From positions 119,846,001 through 119,910,000 of the forward strand of contig NC_043000.1 of the NCBI RefSeq assembly GCF_006345805.1: a stretch of 64,000 nucleotides of DNA, given 5' to 3'. Under the pieces are notes generated by a model that saw only the letters and a list, made by a program, of their open reading frames with translations, had not been told where the DNA came from and searched no databases. Below, in pieces: positions 53,093 through 64,000 of the stretch; position 1 is the first letter of the stretch; every line of letters starts with the position of its first letter. The position numbers were made by a program, and so were the translations under genes. The DNA is from Octopus sinensis. Its lineage: Eukaryota.

Positions 53093-53640
53093 ATCATCAT
53101 CATCATCATTGTTTAATGTCCGTTTTCCATGCTAGTATGGGTTGGACGGTTCGACTGGGGCCTGGGAAGCCAGGAGGCTGCACTAGGCTCCAGTCTGATC
53201 TGGCAGTGTTTCTACAGCTGGATGCCCTTCCTAACGCCAACCTCTCTGTGAGATTAGTAGGTGCTTTTTACATGCCACCGGCACTGTGGCCAGATGTGGC
53301 TGGCAAACGGCCACGATTGGTTGGTGCTTTTTATGTGTCACCGACACGGATGCCAGTCAAGGCAGCACTGGCATCAACCATGTTCGGATGGTGCTTTTTA
53401 CGTGCCACTGGCACGGGTATCATAACTACAATTTCCATTTGATTTTTATTTTGATGTTGACGTACTTGACTCAATAAGTTTCCTCAAGCACAGCAGGTCA
53501 CTCTACGATCTAACGTTAGCACAGCAGCCCATCCTGCGAGCCATGAACTTAGTTCATTTGTCAGGTCTTCGCAGCTACAGCATATCTCAGAGGTCTTGGT
53601 CTTTCGCCATTTCCTCTGTGAAGCCCAACGTGCCACCGAC
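53093..53640 (-). mobile_element. RTE 3' end including the last codons of the ORF
   Basis: The minus strand reads TLGFTEEMAKDQDL (compare TLGLTEEMTRDRDL) and then the 3' UTR. This links the dispersed tail family to the RTE LINE. Confidence 0.85.
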
Positions 53641-54346
53641 ATGAGTATCACAACTATGTACACACACACACACATATATATATATATATTAAAATTAATC
53701 AAAGGTGATACTAAGTATGTCTACCTGCTGGAAATAGCAGTCAAAACTCTTATGTAAATCACCAAAATGCACTGATAATAACTACAGAGATCAACTGTCT
53801 GAAAGCAAACGAGCTAAGAGAATCTCTCAGCATATATTCAAGTATTTGGACTCACATGGACTTGTTTCTGGACTGGTATAATAGCCTAACTTCGCTTAGT
53901 ATGCGTTACCATGACAGAAAGACCCCAATCCATTGTGTCAAAGTCTGTGCTGCTGCAACTGATTTTTTTTTGTGCTGAAATCATCGCAGCCACCAGTGTG
54001 AAAATAATTTCAATACGGGGTAAAATAATTCATGAGAAAAATAATTGATGAAAAAATAATTTGTAAAGATATCACTGACTCTGTTATTATCTAGTGTAAC
54101 ATTTTAAAAATGATAATAACAGAATTAAAAATATAGGTGATTGCAGCCCCCCCCCCCCCCAAAAAAAAGCATTAAATAGCTGAAGGATTAAAATTAATCA
54201 AAGACATACTAAGTATGCAATCGCCTATATTATTGATTCTGTTATTATTTTTAAATTGTTATACTAGATAATAACACAGTCAGTGGTATCTTTACAAATT
54301 ATTTTTATGTGAATTATTTTTCTCATGAATTATTTGCTCCATATTG

Positions 54347-54398
<52 letters not shown>

Positions 54399-54646
54399 TT
54401 GCAGCGTGGAAGGTGTTTAAAAGCCATTTAAGAAACACACAAGAACCTTTCAACATTAAATTTAATTTAAATTTAAATTTAATTTAAATTTAAATTTAAA
54501 TGTTGAAGTGAATCTAACGGATTTTGTGTGTTTCTTAAATGGCTTATAAACACATTCCATGTTGCAATTGTCTTTGTTCCAGCACACGATCTCGGATCAG
54601 GTCACTTGCTATGCAAGTATATCTCCGTAAGATATATATATGTTTA

Positions 54647-54677
<31 letters not shown>

Positions 54678-55007
54678 ATATGTATGTATAGTTGAAAATA
54701 TGTGGGAAACATATATAAAAAGTGGAAGAGAAATGCCTTCCTTTCACATAATTTAATATCTTTTTATAAAGAAATCTTTAAAAGTACATACGTATTTTAT
54801 GGATGTAGTCATATCCAACTGGTTTTCGCTATTTAAATTAGCTTTTCAAGGGACATTGTGAAGTAATCAATTCCTGTGACAAAGGGGTCTTGCCATTTTG
54901 AATGCTTGAAAGATAAGAATGAGTCTAGAGAGTGGACCAATGGAGTTAGCAGGTGGCAAGGGGGACCTCTAACACCTCAGTATAATTTTTGAAGTGGTCA
55001 AGTAACT

Positions 55008-55380
55008 ATAACTATTGAGGGCATGCGTAAGCTTGCAAGAAATGAAGCTAGTATGCTCTGCTGGATGTGTAATGTCTGTGTGCATGAATGACAGAGTGTA
55101 AGTGCCCTGAGAGAAAAGTTGGACATTGGAAGCATCAGATGTGGTATGCAAGAGAGATGACTGTGCTGATATGGTCATGTGTTACATATGGATGAGGACA
55201 GCTGTGTGAAGTGTTGGGCTCTAATAATGGAAGGAACCTGTGGAAAAGGTAGACCTAGAAAGACATTGGATGTCTTAGGGAAGCACGACCTTCGAACACT
55301 GGACCTCACAGAGGCAATGACAAGTGACCGAGACCTTTAGAGATATACTGTGCTTGAGAAGACCTGACAGACCAAGTGAG
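55008..55380 (+). mobile_element. Older degenerate RTE LINE fragment (RT C-terminus)
   Basis: Colinear with 56643-57018 (MRKLARNEASML.WMCN..., GTCGKGRPRKT) but carries stops and indels. Confidence 0.9.
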
Positions 55381-55384
55381 ATTG

Positions 55385-55675
55385 TAGGAAGCAATATCTT
55401 GAAGACATTTTTGCGCAGCTGCTAATCCCATGTGTGATGTCTTCCTCAGAAATGTGACATAATCTACAATTAAAGTTGCATCTTGGAACTTCAAGGGCTT
55501 CTGTGTCTCTGTTGTTGATTAGGTGTTTGGTCAAAATCCCCTGTTCTTGGATTGCAAATGCATAGCCTTTGAAGTCTGATGTAGTGGTCACGAGTTCAAA
55601 AAAAGGCTTTGCTTCATGTCAATGTTACTATCTTCTTCAAGTCTACAAGAAACATACCCATGCATGGTCTTTTTT
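55385..55675 (-). mobile_element. R4/Dong-like retrotransposon fragment (CCHC zinc knuckle)
   Basis: KTMHGY...FKGYAFAIQEQ...CRLCHISEEDITHGISSC, i.e. the C-x2-C-x8-H-x4-C knuckle of RLE-clade elements. Confidence 0.85.
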
Positions 55676-55684
55676 ATGTATGTA

Positions 55685-56055
55685 CTAGCACTATGACTCG
55701 GCAACGCTGGGTCATAGTGCTACTGCATGCATATACAGCTGTGTGCATGCGCACATACACGCGAGTACTGTCCAAAATCTCCGACCAATCACATACAGCT
55801 AGCTGGCATTCAATTGGCGTATCAAGTTTCGGGCACTTTGATTGGGTTTTGGATAGAAAATTCACAAAAAAGTCACTTCGGTTGATTTTTTTTAATGGTT
55901 TTGTTGGGTGACTGGGGAAATGTAAAGATGTGCACGACCAGCCTTGGACGGTTTTGAATGACCATAGAAAGTGCGAGCCCTCTAACTGAAAAATTGTGGA
56001 TTTGTATAAAGGATACGCATGCAGACAGACATTTTGTTGTTTATATATATAGAGA
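55685..56055 (-). mobile_element. Complete non-autonomous Helitron (371 bp)
   Basis: Minus strand begins A|TCTCTATATATATAAA, carries (GTCT)n, and ends with the hairpin TAGCACTATGAC...GTCATAGTGCTA then CTAG|T. Inserted between A and T with no TSD. Confidence 0.85.
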
Positions 56056-56123
56056 TGTGATTGTTCAGTTTTATTTCAAGATTTCTTACCAATAGAGAAA
56101 GATCTGGTTTCTAATCTATATCC

Positions 56124-57627
56124 TTGAAACAAGGATTAGAATCGAAGGGCCTCAGAGTCAATCTAGCTAAAACCAAAGTCGTAATCAGTAAGAAGGTAGA
56201 CAAATCACAAACACCTTCAGGTAGATGGCCCTGCTCGATCTGTAGAAAAGGTGTAGGTAGAAACTCTATAAGATGCACCAAGTGTAAGCTATGGACACAT
56301 AAGAGATGCAGCAATGTCAAAGGAAGGCTAACTAGGAAGATGGTTTTTGTATGTGGCAGATGCTCAGGAACAATAAACACTGAAAATGCTCTGAGACCAA
56401 CTTCCGTCACTTTCCAGGGAGAAAAACTAGAAATAGTTGATAGTTTCCGTTACCTAGGTGACCAAGTCAGCAGCGGGGGCGGGTGTGCTGAAAGTGTAAC
56501 TGCTAGAGTAAGAATAGCTTGGGCAAAGTTCAGAGAGCTCTTACCTCTGCTGGTGACAAAAGGCCTCTCGCACAGAGTGAAAGGCAGACTGTATGATGCG
56601 TGTGTACGAACAGCCATGCTACATGGCAGTGAAACATGGGCCGTGACTGCTGAGGATATGCGTAAGCTCGCTAGAAATGAAGCCAGTATGCTCCGATGGA
56701 TGTGTAATGCCGGTACTCACACTCGGCAGAGTGTAAGTACCTTGAGAGAAAAGCTGGACCTAAGAAGCATCAGTTGTGGTGTGCAAGAGAGACGTTTGCG
56801 CTGGTATGGTCATGTGGCGAGAATGGATGAAGATAGTTGTGTGAAAAAGTGCCACACCCTAGCGGTTGAGGGAACCTGTGGAAGAGGCAGACCCAGGAAA
56901 ACCTGGGACGAGGTGGTGAAGCACGACCTTCGAACTTTAGGTCTCACTGAGGAAATGACTAGAGACCGAGACCTCTGGAAGTGTGCTGTGCGCGAGAAGA
57001 CCCGGCAGGACAAGTGAGTCCACAACCCGTGGCCTTCTACATGGGATGGAGCCAGCCTACATATGCATACCTTCCCTTCTTGGGACACAAAACTCTACTT
57101 GTGAAGACGTGTTGAGGCAAGTGAGGATCAGAATCGAAATCGATCAATGGAAATTGCGGATGTGCTACCAGTGCCGGTGGCATGTCGAAACTCTGCTTGT
57201 GAAGACCCATTGAGGCAAGTGAGGATCAGAATCGAAATCGATCAATGGAAATCGATCAATGGAAATTGCAGATGTGTTACCAGTGCCGGTGGCATGTAAG
57301 AGAACTTTCCGTTTCGCGACCGTTGCCAGCACCGCCCCGTTTCGTGTCCGTTGCCAGCCTCGCCTGGCCCTCGTGCCGGTGGCACATAAAAAGCACCATC
57401 CGTTCGTGGCCGTTTGCCAGCTCTGTCTGGCACCAGTGCGGGTGGCACGTAAAAAGCACCCACTACACTCACGGAGTGGTTGGCGTTAGGAAGGGCATCC
57501 AGCCGTAGAAACACTGCCAGATTTGACTGGGCCTGATGAAGCCTTCTGGCTTCACAGACCCCAGTAGAACCGTCCAACCCATGCTAGCATGGAAAACGGA
57601 CGCTAAATGATGATGATGATGATGATG
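56124..57627 (+). mobile_element. Young 5'-truncated RTE-clade LINE: open RT C-terminal ORF (56124-57017), 3' UTR and (ATG)n tail
   Basis: 297-codon stop-free ORF with GLRVNLAKTK, VDSFRYLG, HGSETW, RRLRWYGHVARM and GRGRPRKTW (RTE signature motifs). The 3' UTR ends in (TGA)n. Possible short TSD ATCC at 56120-56123 and 57628-57631. Confidence 0.95.
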
Positions 57628-59059
57628 ATCCAAGACACCTTCGTTGGAATTTCAGTATCAGCAACAGTGTATTTTTGTTTGTTTGTATGTATGTATGTAT
57701 GTATGTATGTATGTATCTATGTATGTGTATATGTATGTTTTATTATGTTTGTGTATTACTGTATTTGTTTCTCACTGCTTGACAATCAGTGTTCATTTGT
57801 GTGTCCTTATAACTTAGCAGTTCAGCTAATAGAGAGTGATATAATGAGACTTAAAATAAGTGCTTGGGTCAAGTTGGCTGACTAAAAGCCTTCAAGGGTG
57901 TATACCAGTATGGCTGCAGTTCAATGACTGAAACAAGCAAGAGAATACTAGAATAACAGAATAATTATTTAACAAAAAACCATTAGAGTTTGGAATCTGA
58001 AAAAGAAAAATTTCATGTGTAGGTTTTTCGCAGAATTCATAAATATTTTAATTTGCAGAAAACTATAAAAATTCCTTTGATGTTACTTTAAGAGAAAGGT
58101 ATAAAAGTGTAAAGATATAAAATACAAACAAACATAATTTGAAATATACAGGAAACAAATAAATAAAATCGATTAATAATTTAATAAATCAATAATAGAT
58201 TAAAGTGTGTAATCAGGAGGGGTGGAGGAGGAGGAGTAGGAGTAGTAGGAGACTGAAATGGTTCGGTCATGTGATAGAGAATGGCATCCAATGCCAATGT
58301 AGTGCTGGCAATTTTTTGAGACTTTCCAAACTCCGAACCGTGTGATGGATCATCTAAGATCTGGAATGATAGAGGTTTATCATTTGCAGTGATGGAGAAC
58401 TAACTCAAAAGAATGGTGATGGTGGGGAGAATCCGGATTGGTCTGAGTGACTAATTGTGTTATCATCATCATCATCATTGTGTTCTCTTTTCCATGCTTT
58501 CATGAATTGGATGGAATCTTTTTGATGCAACCCTCATTCGTTTCCCAGCAAGATGATATTTTGTGCTCCATGACCAGATATGTTTCTCTAACATGAAAGA
58601 CAATGACACTTGCTTTCAACTATCAACTACGATGACAAGACAAAAACACACAAATGTATCCCTCTGCTCATATGCAGAAATAAATAAATGCATCCTTTTC
58701 AAGCCTAGTCAGGCTCATGGGCTCGGTTTCCCTGTTTTCCCGGCATATGTGTTCCCCAGCTGGACAGGACGCCAGTCCATTGCAGCGTTACTCATTTTTG
58801 CCAGCTGAGTGGACTGGAGCAATGGGAAATGAAGTGTTTTGCTCAAGAACACAACACGTTGCCATGTCCAGGAATCGAAACCCCAATCTTACGATCATGA
58901 TGCTGACACCCTAACCACTAAGTCACGCTCCTCCACGCTCATATGCATATACATATACAAATAAACACAGACGTACACCTATGTGTATGTGTGTGTGTCC
59001 GTGTGCGCACATATCTGTAAATGTGTGTGGGTGACTGTGTATATATGTATATATAAATC

Positions 59060-59532
59060 GAAATCAAATCAAATTCGCAAGTTCAATGACTGGCACCCGT
59101 GCCAGTGGAGCGCTAAGAGCTCCATCCAAGTGTGATCGCTACCAGAGCAGCTGACTGGCTTCCATGCCAGTGGCACATAAAAAGCACCATTCAAGTGTGA
59201 TTGTTACTAGCATCGCCTTACTGGCACTTGTGCTGGTGGCACATGAAAGACATTTGAGCGAAGTGGCACTGGACTGGCTCCCATGCAGGTGGCATCTAAA
59301 AAACACAATTTGAGTGCGGTCGTTGCCAGTACCACCTGACTGGCCCTTATGCCTGTGGCACGTAAAAGCACCCACTACACTCTCGGAGCGGTTGGTGTTA
59401 GGAAGGGCAACCAGCTGTAGAAACTCTGCCAGATCATATTGGAGCCTGGTGCAGCCATCTGGTTTCCCAGTCCTCAGTCAAATCGTCCAACCCGTGCTAG
59501 CATGGAAAGCAGACATTAAATGATGATGATGA
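59060..59532 (+). mobile_element. RTE 3' UTR copy
   Basis: Ends CATGGAAAGCAGACATTAAA(TGA)n. Confidence 0.85.
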
Positions 59533-60097
59533 TATCGACACACTCACACACCACCAGATGTCATACTCATGACCTTATGTTCATTAGCTGATTACCCAAG
59601 CCACTAAGATACATGTCTTCACACACTCATGCACACAAACGAGATTTGAGCCCAGCAAAAGAAAGGCATGGCCTATCACAAACTGTGCCTACTAAAAGGT
59701 CGCTGCGATTCTTACATGCATACATACATACATACATACATGCATACATAGGAGCACTCCGTTGGTTGTGACGATGAGGGTCCCAGCTGATATGATCAAC
59801 AGAACAGCCTGATCATGAAATTAACATACAAGTGGCTGAGCACTCAGCAAACACGTGTACCCTTAACATAGTTCCCAGGTAGTTTGAGCACGACACAGTG
59901 TGTGACAAGGCTGGCCCTTTGAAATACAGGTACTACTCTTTTTGCCAGCTGAGTGGATTGGAGCAACATGAAATAAAGTGTCTTGCTCAAGGACACAGCG
60001 TGCCACTGGGAATTGAACGCATGACCTTACGATCATGGGCTGAATGCCCCTAACCACTAAGCCACACGCCTTCACTACATATATACATACATACTGT

Positions 60098-60226
60098 ATG
60101 GTAGAAGCCATAGCTACTCATAATGAAAAGGAATACTGGTAGAATGTCCCAATGAAGACCTCAATAAAATGTAAGCACAACAGACCTGATATAGTGATTT
60201 GGGATAAGAAGAAAAACTGTGCACTT
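60098..60226 (+). mobile_element. R4/Dong-like restriction-like endonuclease fragment
   Basis: EYW*NVPMKTSIKCKHNRPDIVIWDK, containing the RPD motif of PD-(D/E)xK RLE domains. Confidence 0.8.
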
Positions 60227-61086
60227 GTTTGTACTTAAGTGCAGGCGTGGATCTGTCGTAAGACTCTTGCTTCCCAACCACATGGTTCAGCGTTCAGACC
60301 CACTGTGTGACACCCTGGGCAAGTGTCTTCTACTATAGTCTCAGGTTTTACCAAGCCTTGTGAGTGGATTAGCTAGATGGAAACAGAAAGAAGCCCATCT
60401 TATATATGGGTGTATATGTGTGTGTGTATCTTTGTGTCTGTCTTTGTCTCCCACAACTGTTTGACAACCAGTGTGGTGGTGTGTTTACGCCCCTGTAACT
60501 TAGCGGTTCAACAAAAAGATACTGATAAAATAAGTAGCACACTTAAAAAAGTAAAAACAAGTACCATTGTTGATCCATTTGACTAAAAGTTCTTTAAGGC
60601 AGTGCCCCAGCATGGCCACAGTGCAATGACTGAAACAAATAAAATATATGCTTATGTGTAAGTATGTCTGGCTGAAAAATTTATGCTTCTCTGAACAGAA
60701 ACCAGACTGACAGCCTTCCTAGAATTATTATTAAGGGCTATAGTCTGATTTATTTATAAAAATCAGTTTGAAATGATACGTTGCTGCTGCTACTGCTGCT
60801 ACTCCTGGCTGGTGATTTAATTTGAGTTGGAATTTATTTTGAAATTCAATTTAATCTTTATATTAAAAAAACCCCCCTTTCTTGCTATTTGCTTTTTTAC
60901 CTCCTTTCTACTTTTAGAATATATATTAGGTGTATATTTACAGAGATTTGATCTGTGCACGTGTGGTGTGTGTGTGTGTGTGTGTGTTGGTGTTCTTTGT
61001 GAGTTTATTTGCCTTTCTGAGAGGGTGATTTACACAAGTCAAGTGTCTGTTTAATCATTGTTTCTTTGGAAATGTGTACATATGTA

Positions 61087-61124
<38 letters not shown>

Positions 61125-61125
<1 letters not shown>

Positions 61126-61545
61126 CATCATCATCGTTTAACATTTGTTTTCCATGCTGGCATGGGTTGGACGGTTTGATTGGGGCCTGGGAAGCCAGGA
61201 GGCTGCACCAGGCCCCAATCTATCTGGCAGTGACTCTACAGCTGGGTGCCCTTCCTAACGCCAACCACTCCGAGGGTGTAGTGGGTGCTTTTTACGTGCC
61301 ACTGGCACAAGGGGCCAGAGGAGCTGGCACAAGGGGCCAGAGGAGCTGGCACAAGGGGCCAGAGGAGCTGGCATCGATCATGATTGGATGGTGCTTTTTA
61401 TGTGCTACCAGCACAGAAACCAGTCGACGACACACTGACATCGGGCACGTTCGGATGGTACTTTTTACATGCTACTGGCATGGGGCTCACAACTACAATT
61501 TCCATTTGATTTGATTTTGATGATGTTGATTTACTTGACTCAGCC
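61125..61545 (-). mobile_element. RTE 3' UTR copy with a short internal triplication
   Basis: Tail motif plus CTGGCACAAGGGGCCAGAGGAG three times at about 61302-61370. Confidence 0.85.
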
Positions 61546-61629
61546 TGTTATAGTGTGTTTTTTACATGCATGTGTTTATATGTTATCTATCTATATACAT
61601 GTGTGTATGTATGTGTGTGTCTGTGTTTG

Positions 61630-61960
61630 TGGCACATGGCTCAGTAGTTAGAACATGAGGTTCACAATCATGAGGTAGTCAGTTCAATTCCTGGACCAGG
61701 CTGTGTGTTGTGTTCTTGAGCAAGACACTTCATTTCACGTCGCTACTGTTCACTCAACTGTAGGAATGAGTTCTTATGCCACTGGTGCCAAGCTGTATCA
61801 ACCTTCGCCTTTCCCTTGGATAACATTGGTGGTGCGGAGAAGGGAGACTTGTATGCATGGGCGACTGCTAGTCTTCCATAAACAACCTTGGTTGAACTTG
61901 TGCCTTGGAAGGAAACTTTCTAGGTGCGATCCTATGGTCATTCATGACTGAAGGGGGTCT
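61630..61960 (+). mobile_element. Third tRNA-derived SINE group (GTGTTCTTGAGCAAGACACTT core)
   Basis: TGGCTCAGTAGTTAG A box and GTTCAATTCC B box. Relatives at about 7400-7740(-), 7760-8000(+), 11030-11280(-), 58690-58937(-) and 59750-60075(-). Confidence 0.8.
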
Positions 61961-62049
61961 GTTGCTGTGTGTGTGTGTACACACACACATATGCATACGC
62001 ATATAGATTAACCAATGTACGTTGTATCATTATATGTTGTGCATATTTT

Positions 62050-62640
62050 TTTGTCTCTGTTCTTTGCTTCTTTATCCTTTCTGTTGAAGAGCGTATGCTC
62101 AAAATATTGCAGACTTTTCCATTCTTTCTGAGCATTAAACTAATACACCTGCTTGTTGTTTATACACCTGTCTTTGTCTTTTGTTTTCTATAAATTTGAG
62201 CAACTAATGTTCCACTGGCATGAGTGCCAATCAGGTGGTACTGTCATTGGCCATGTCAATGATTTTGATTTCGCTTTCACTTGTCTCAGTAGATCTTCAC
62301 AAGCAAAGTTTATTGTACAATGAATGAGGAGTACTCATAAGTGGGCTGGTTACAAACCATGCTCAGATGTGCTTTTATCATTCCACTGGCACAAGTGCCA
62401 ATCAGGCAGTACTGTTTATATATATATATATATAACGGGAAGCTTTATGAAAATAAACAAAAGACGAAGGCAGGTGGAGTACAAACAAACAATTGTATTA
62501 GTATGGCGCTCAGGAATATAAATAAAACAAGTCTTTTATGTTTCGAGCCTACGCTCTTCAACAGAAAGATACACAGAAAAGAAACATGGAGAGAAACAAG
62601 GAGAGAAAAAAATGCGTGCAGAATTTAGCGATTCAACATG
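62050..62640. repeat. Two inverted copies of the same hammerhead-like repeat family
   Basis: Plus copy about 62050-62200. Minus copy about 62435-62640 with CTTT-CTGTTGAA-GAGCGTAGGCTC-GAAACATA-AAAG at 62568-62533. Confidence 0.65.
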
Positions 62641-62671
62641 GCGATCTGATATATATATATATATATATATA

Positions 62672-63072
62672 TCATCATCATCATCATCATCATCGTTTAG
62701 CGTCCGTTTTCCATGCTAGCATGGGTTGGACGGTTCTACTGGGGTCTGTGAAGCCAGAAGGCTTCATCAGGCCCAGTCAAATCTGGCAGTGTTTCTACGG
62801 CTGGATGCCCTTCCTAACGCCAACCACTCCGTGAGTGTAGTGGGTGCTTTTTACGTGCCACCCGCACTGGTGCCAGACAGAGCTGGCAAACGGCCACGAA
62901 CGGATGGTGCTTTTTATGTGCCACCGGCACGAGGGCCAGGCGAGGCTGGCAACGGACACGAAACGGGGCGGTGCTGGCAACGGTCGCGAAACGGAAAGTT
63001 CTCTTACATGCAACCGGCACTGGTAACACATCTGCAATTTCCATTGATCGATTTCCATTGATCGATTTCGAT
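62672..63072 (-). mobile_element. RTE 3' UTR copy almost identical to 57236-57627
   Basis: Spurious ORFs 57242..57577(-) and 62726..63061(+) differ at a single residue. Confidence 0.92.
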
Positions 63073-63563
63073 ACATATATACATAATTAAAGAAATTGGA
63101 GTCAAGGAGAAGGAATATGATTGGCCATTTATTTATTATTCACTACAATTGTTGTATTTCCTCAGATGATATATGAGTGATGTCTCTGTTACTTTAAAAT
63201 CATTGACTTCAAGTTCATCTTCGCTGTTTGAATTTAATAGCAGCTGATATACCCATGGTATGTGCCGCGGGAACAGGTTTGTCAGACTGCTATGATTGGT
63301 AGTAGATGGTACTGGCTGGTATTTAAATTGGATTGGTCCTCTATTTGGCTGTATTTCTGATCTGTTCTTCATGGTTGGCTACACATGTTAATTTCTTAAG
63401 CTGACCTTTAGTATTCAGTGGTCAGGTACATAAGCACAGACTCACACATACACTTTGTATACAAACGTATGTATATATATATATTGTACTCTACCATGTT
63501 TCTAACTGAATATAACATAACTATATATGTGAGTGTGTGTGTGTGCATGCGTGTGTGTATATA

Positions 63564-63595
<32 letters not shown>

Positions 63596-64000
63596 ATATA
63601 TATACATATATATGCTGGCATTTTGTTATAAGTGTACATATATTTGAGTGCTTATATATGCATGCGGATACTTACAGACACACAGACGGAGACTCATAAA
63701 CATCCGCTCACGCATTATTACTTTCCGTCCTTCCGTTTCGTCGTACCCATTATTTTATTAACGAAATATACTTCTTCAAATATAATATTTAGTGGGAGGA
63801 CAAAATGTCACTTAGATTTATCATTTCAATCAGAATCTGTGGCTGGACGGGTCTCTCTACTACTAGACAGGACACACGAATACAAAAAAAAAAACCACAA
63901 AAAAACCACAAAATAAAGAAAAAATCAACAAAACTAAACTAGCTACTTCATATGGGTATTTATCATATCATACTAAGATTCCGTCTATATGACTCAAACG

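Noticed and set aside
57529-57565. CTGATGA plus hairpin in the RTE tail as a hammerhead
   Set aside because: No GAAA or helix III follows, and other copies read CTGGTGCA. It is more likely the LINE 3' stem-loop.
63136-63372. 78-aa minus-strand ORF of ordinary composition
   Set aside because: No recognisable motif or splice signals. It may be a retrotransposon N-terminal fragment but I cannot assign it.

Overview
Eukaryotic, AT-rich, repeat-dense genomic DNA. The repeat families (RTE LINE with (ATG)n tails, CORE-like and Nin/Deu-domain tRNA SINEs, very abundant (TA)n/(CAT)n microsatellites) suggest an octopus genome; this is inference. The only host coding sequence I can support is three small + strand exons (12340-12376, 34664-34730, 36293-36382) that splice in frame to [65 protein letters not shown], the second RNase PH domain of mitochondrial polynucleotide phosphorylase (PNPT1). 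The rest appears intronic (>12 kb, 22.3 kb, 1.6 kb, >27 kb). It is filled with a young 5'-truncated RTE LINE and many RTE 3' ends, decayed R4/Dong- and HERO-like retrotransposons, Helitrons, mariner/piggyBac/hAT MITEs, a solo LTR, SINEs and microsatellites. Almost all ORFs in the supplied track are microsatellite or repeat artefacts. Most notable: three distinct repeat families carrying type I hammerhead-ribozyme(-like) motifs (an intact one at 30275-30364, one in the tail of a tRNA-headed SINE at 49398-49443, and a family with a variant CUGUYGA core), a PHD finger inserted within the RTE reverse transcriptase, and many inverted repeats able to form dsRNA in the pre-mRNA. Repeat boundaries are approximate unless TIRs or TSDs are quoted. 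All family assignments come from manual motif recognition, not database searches.
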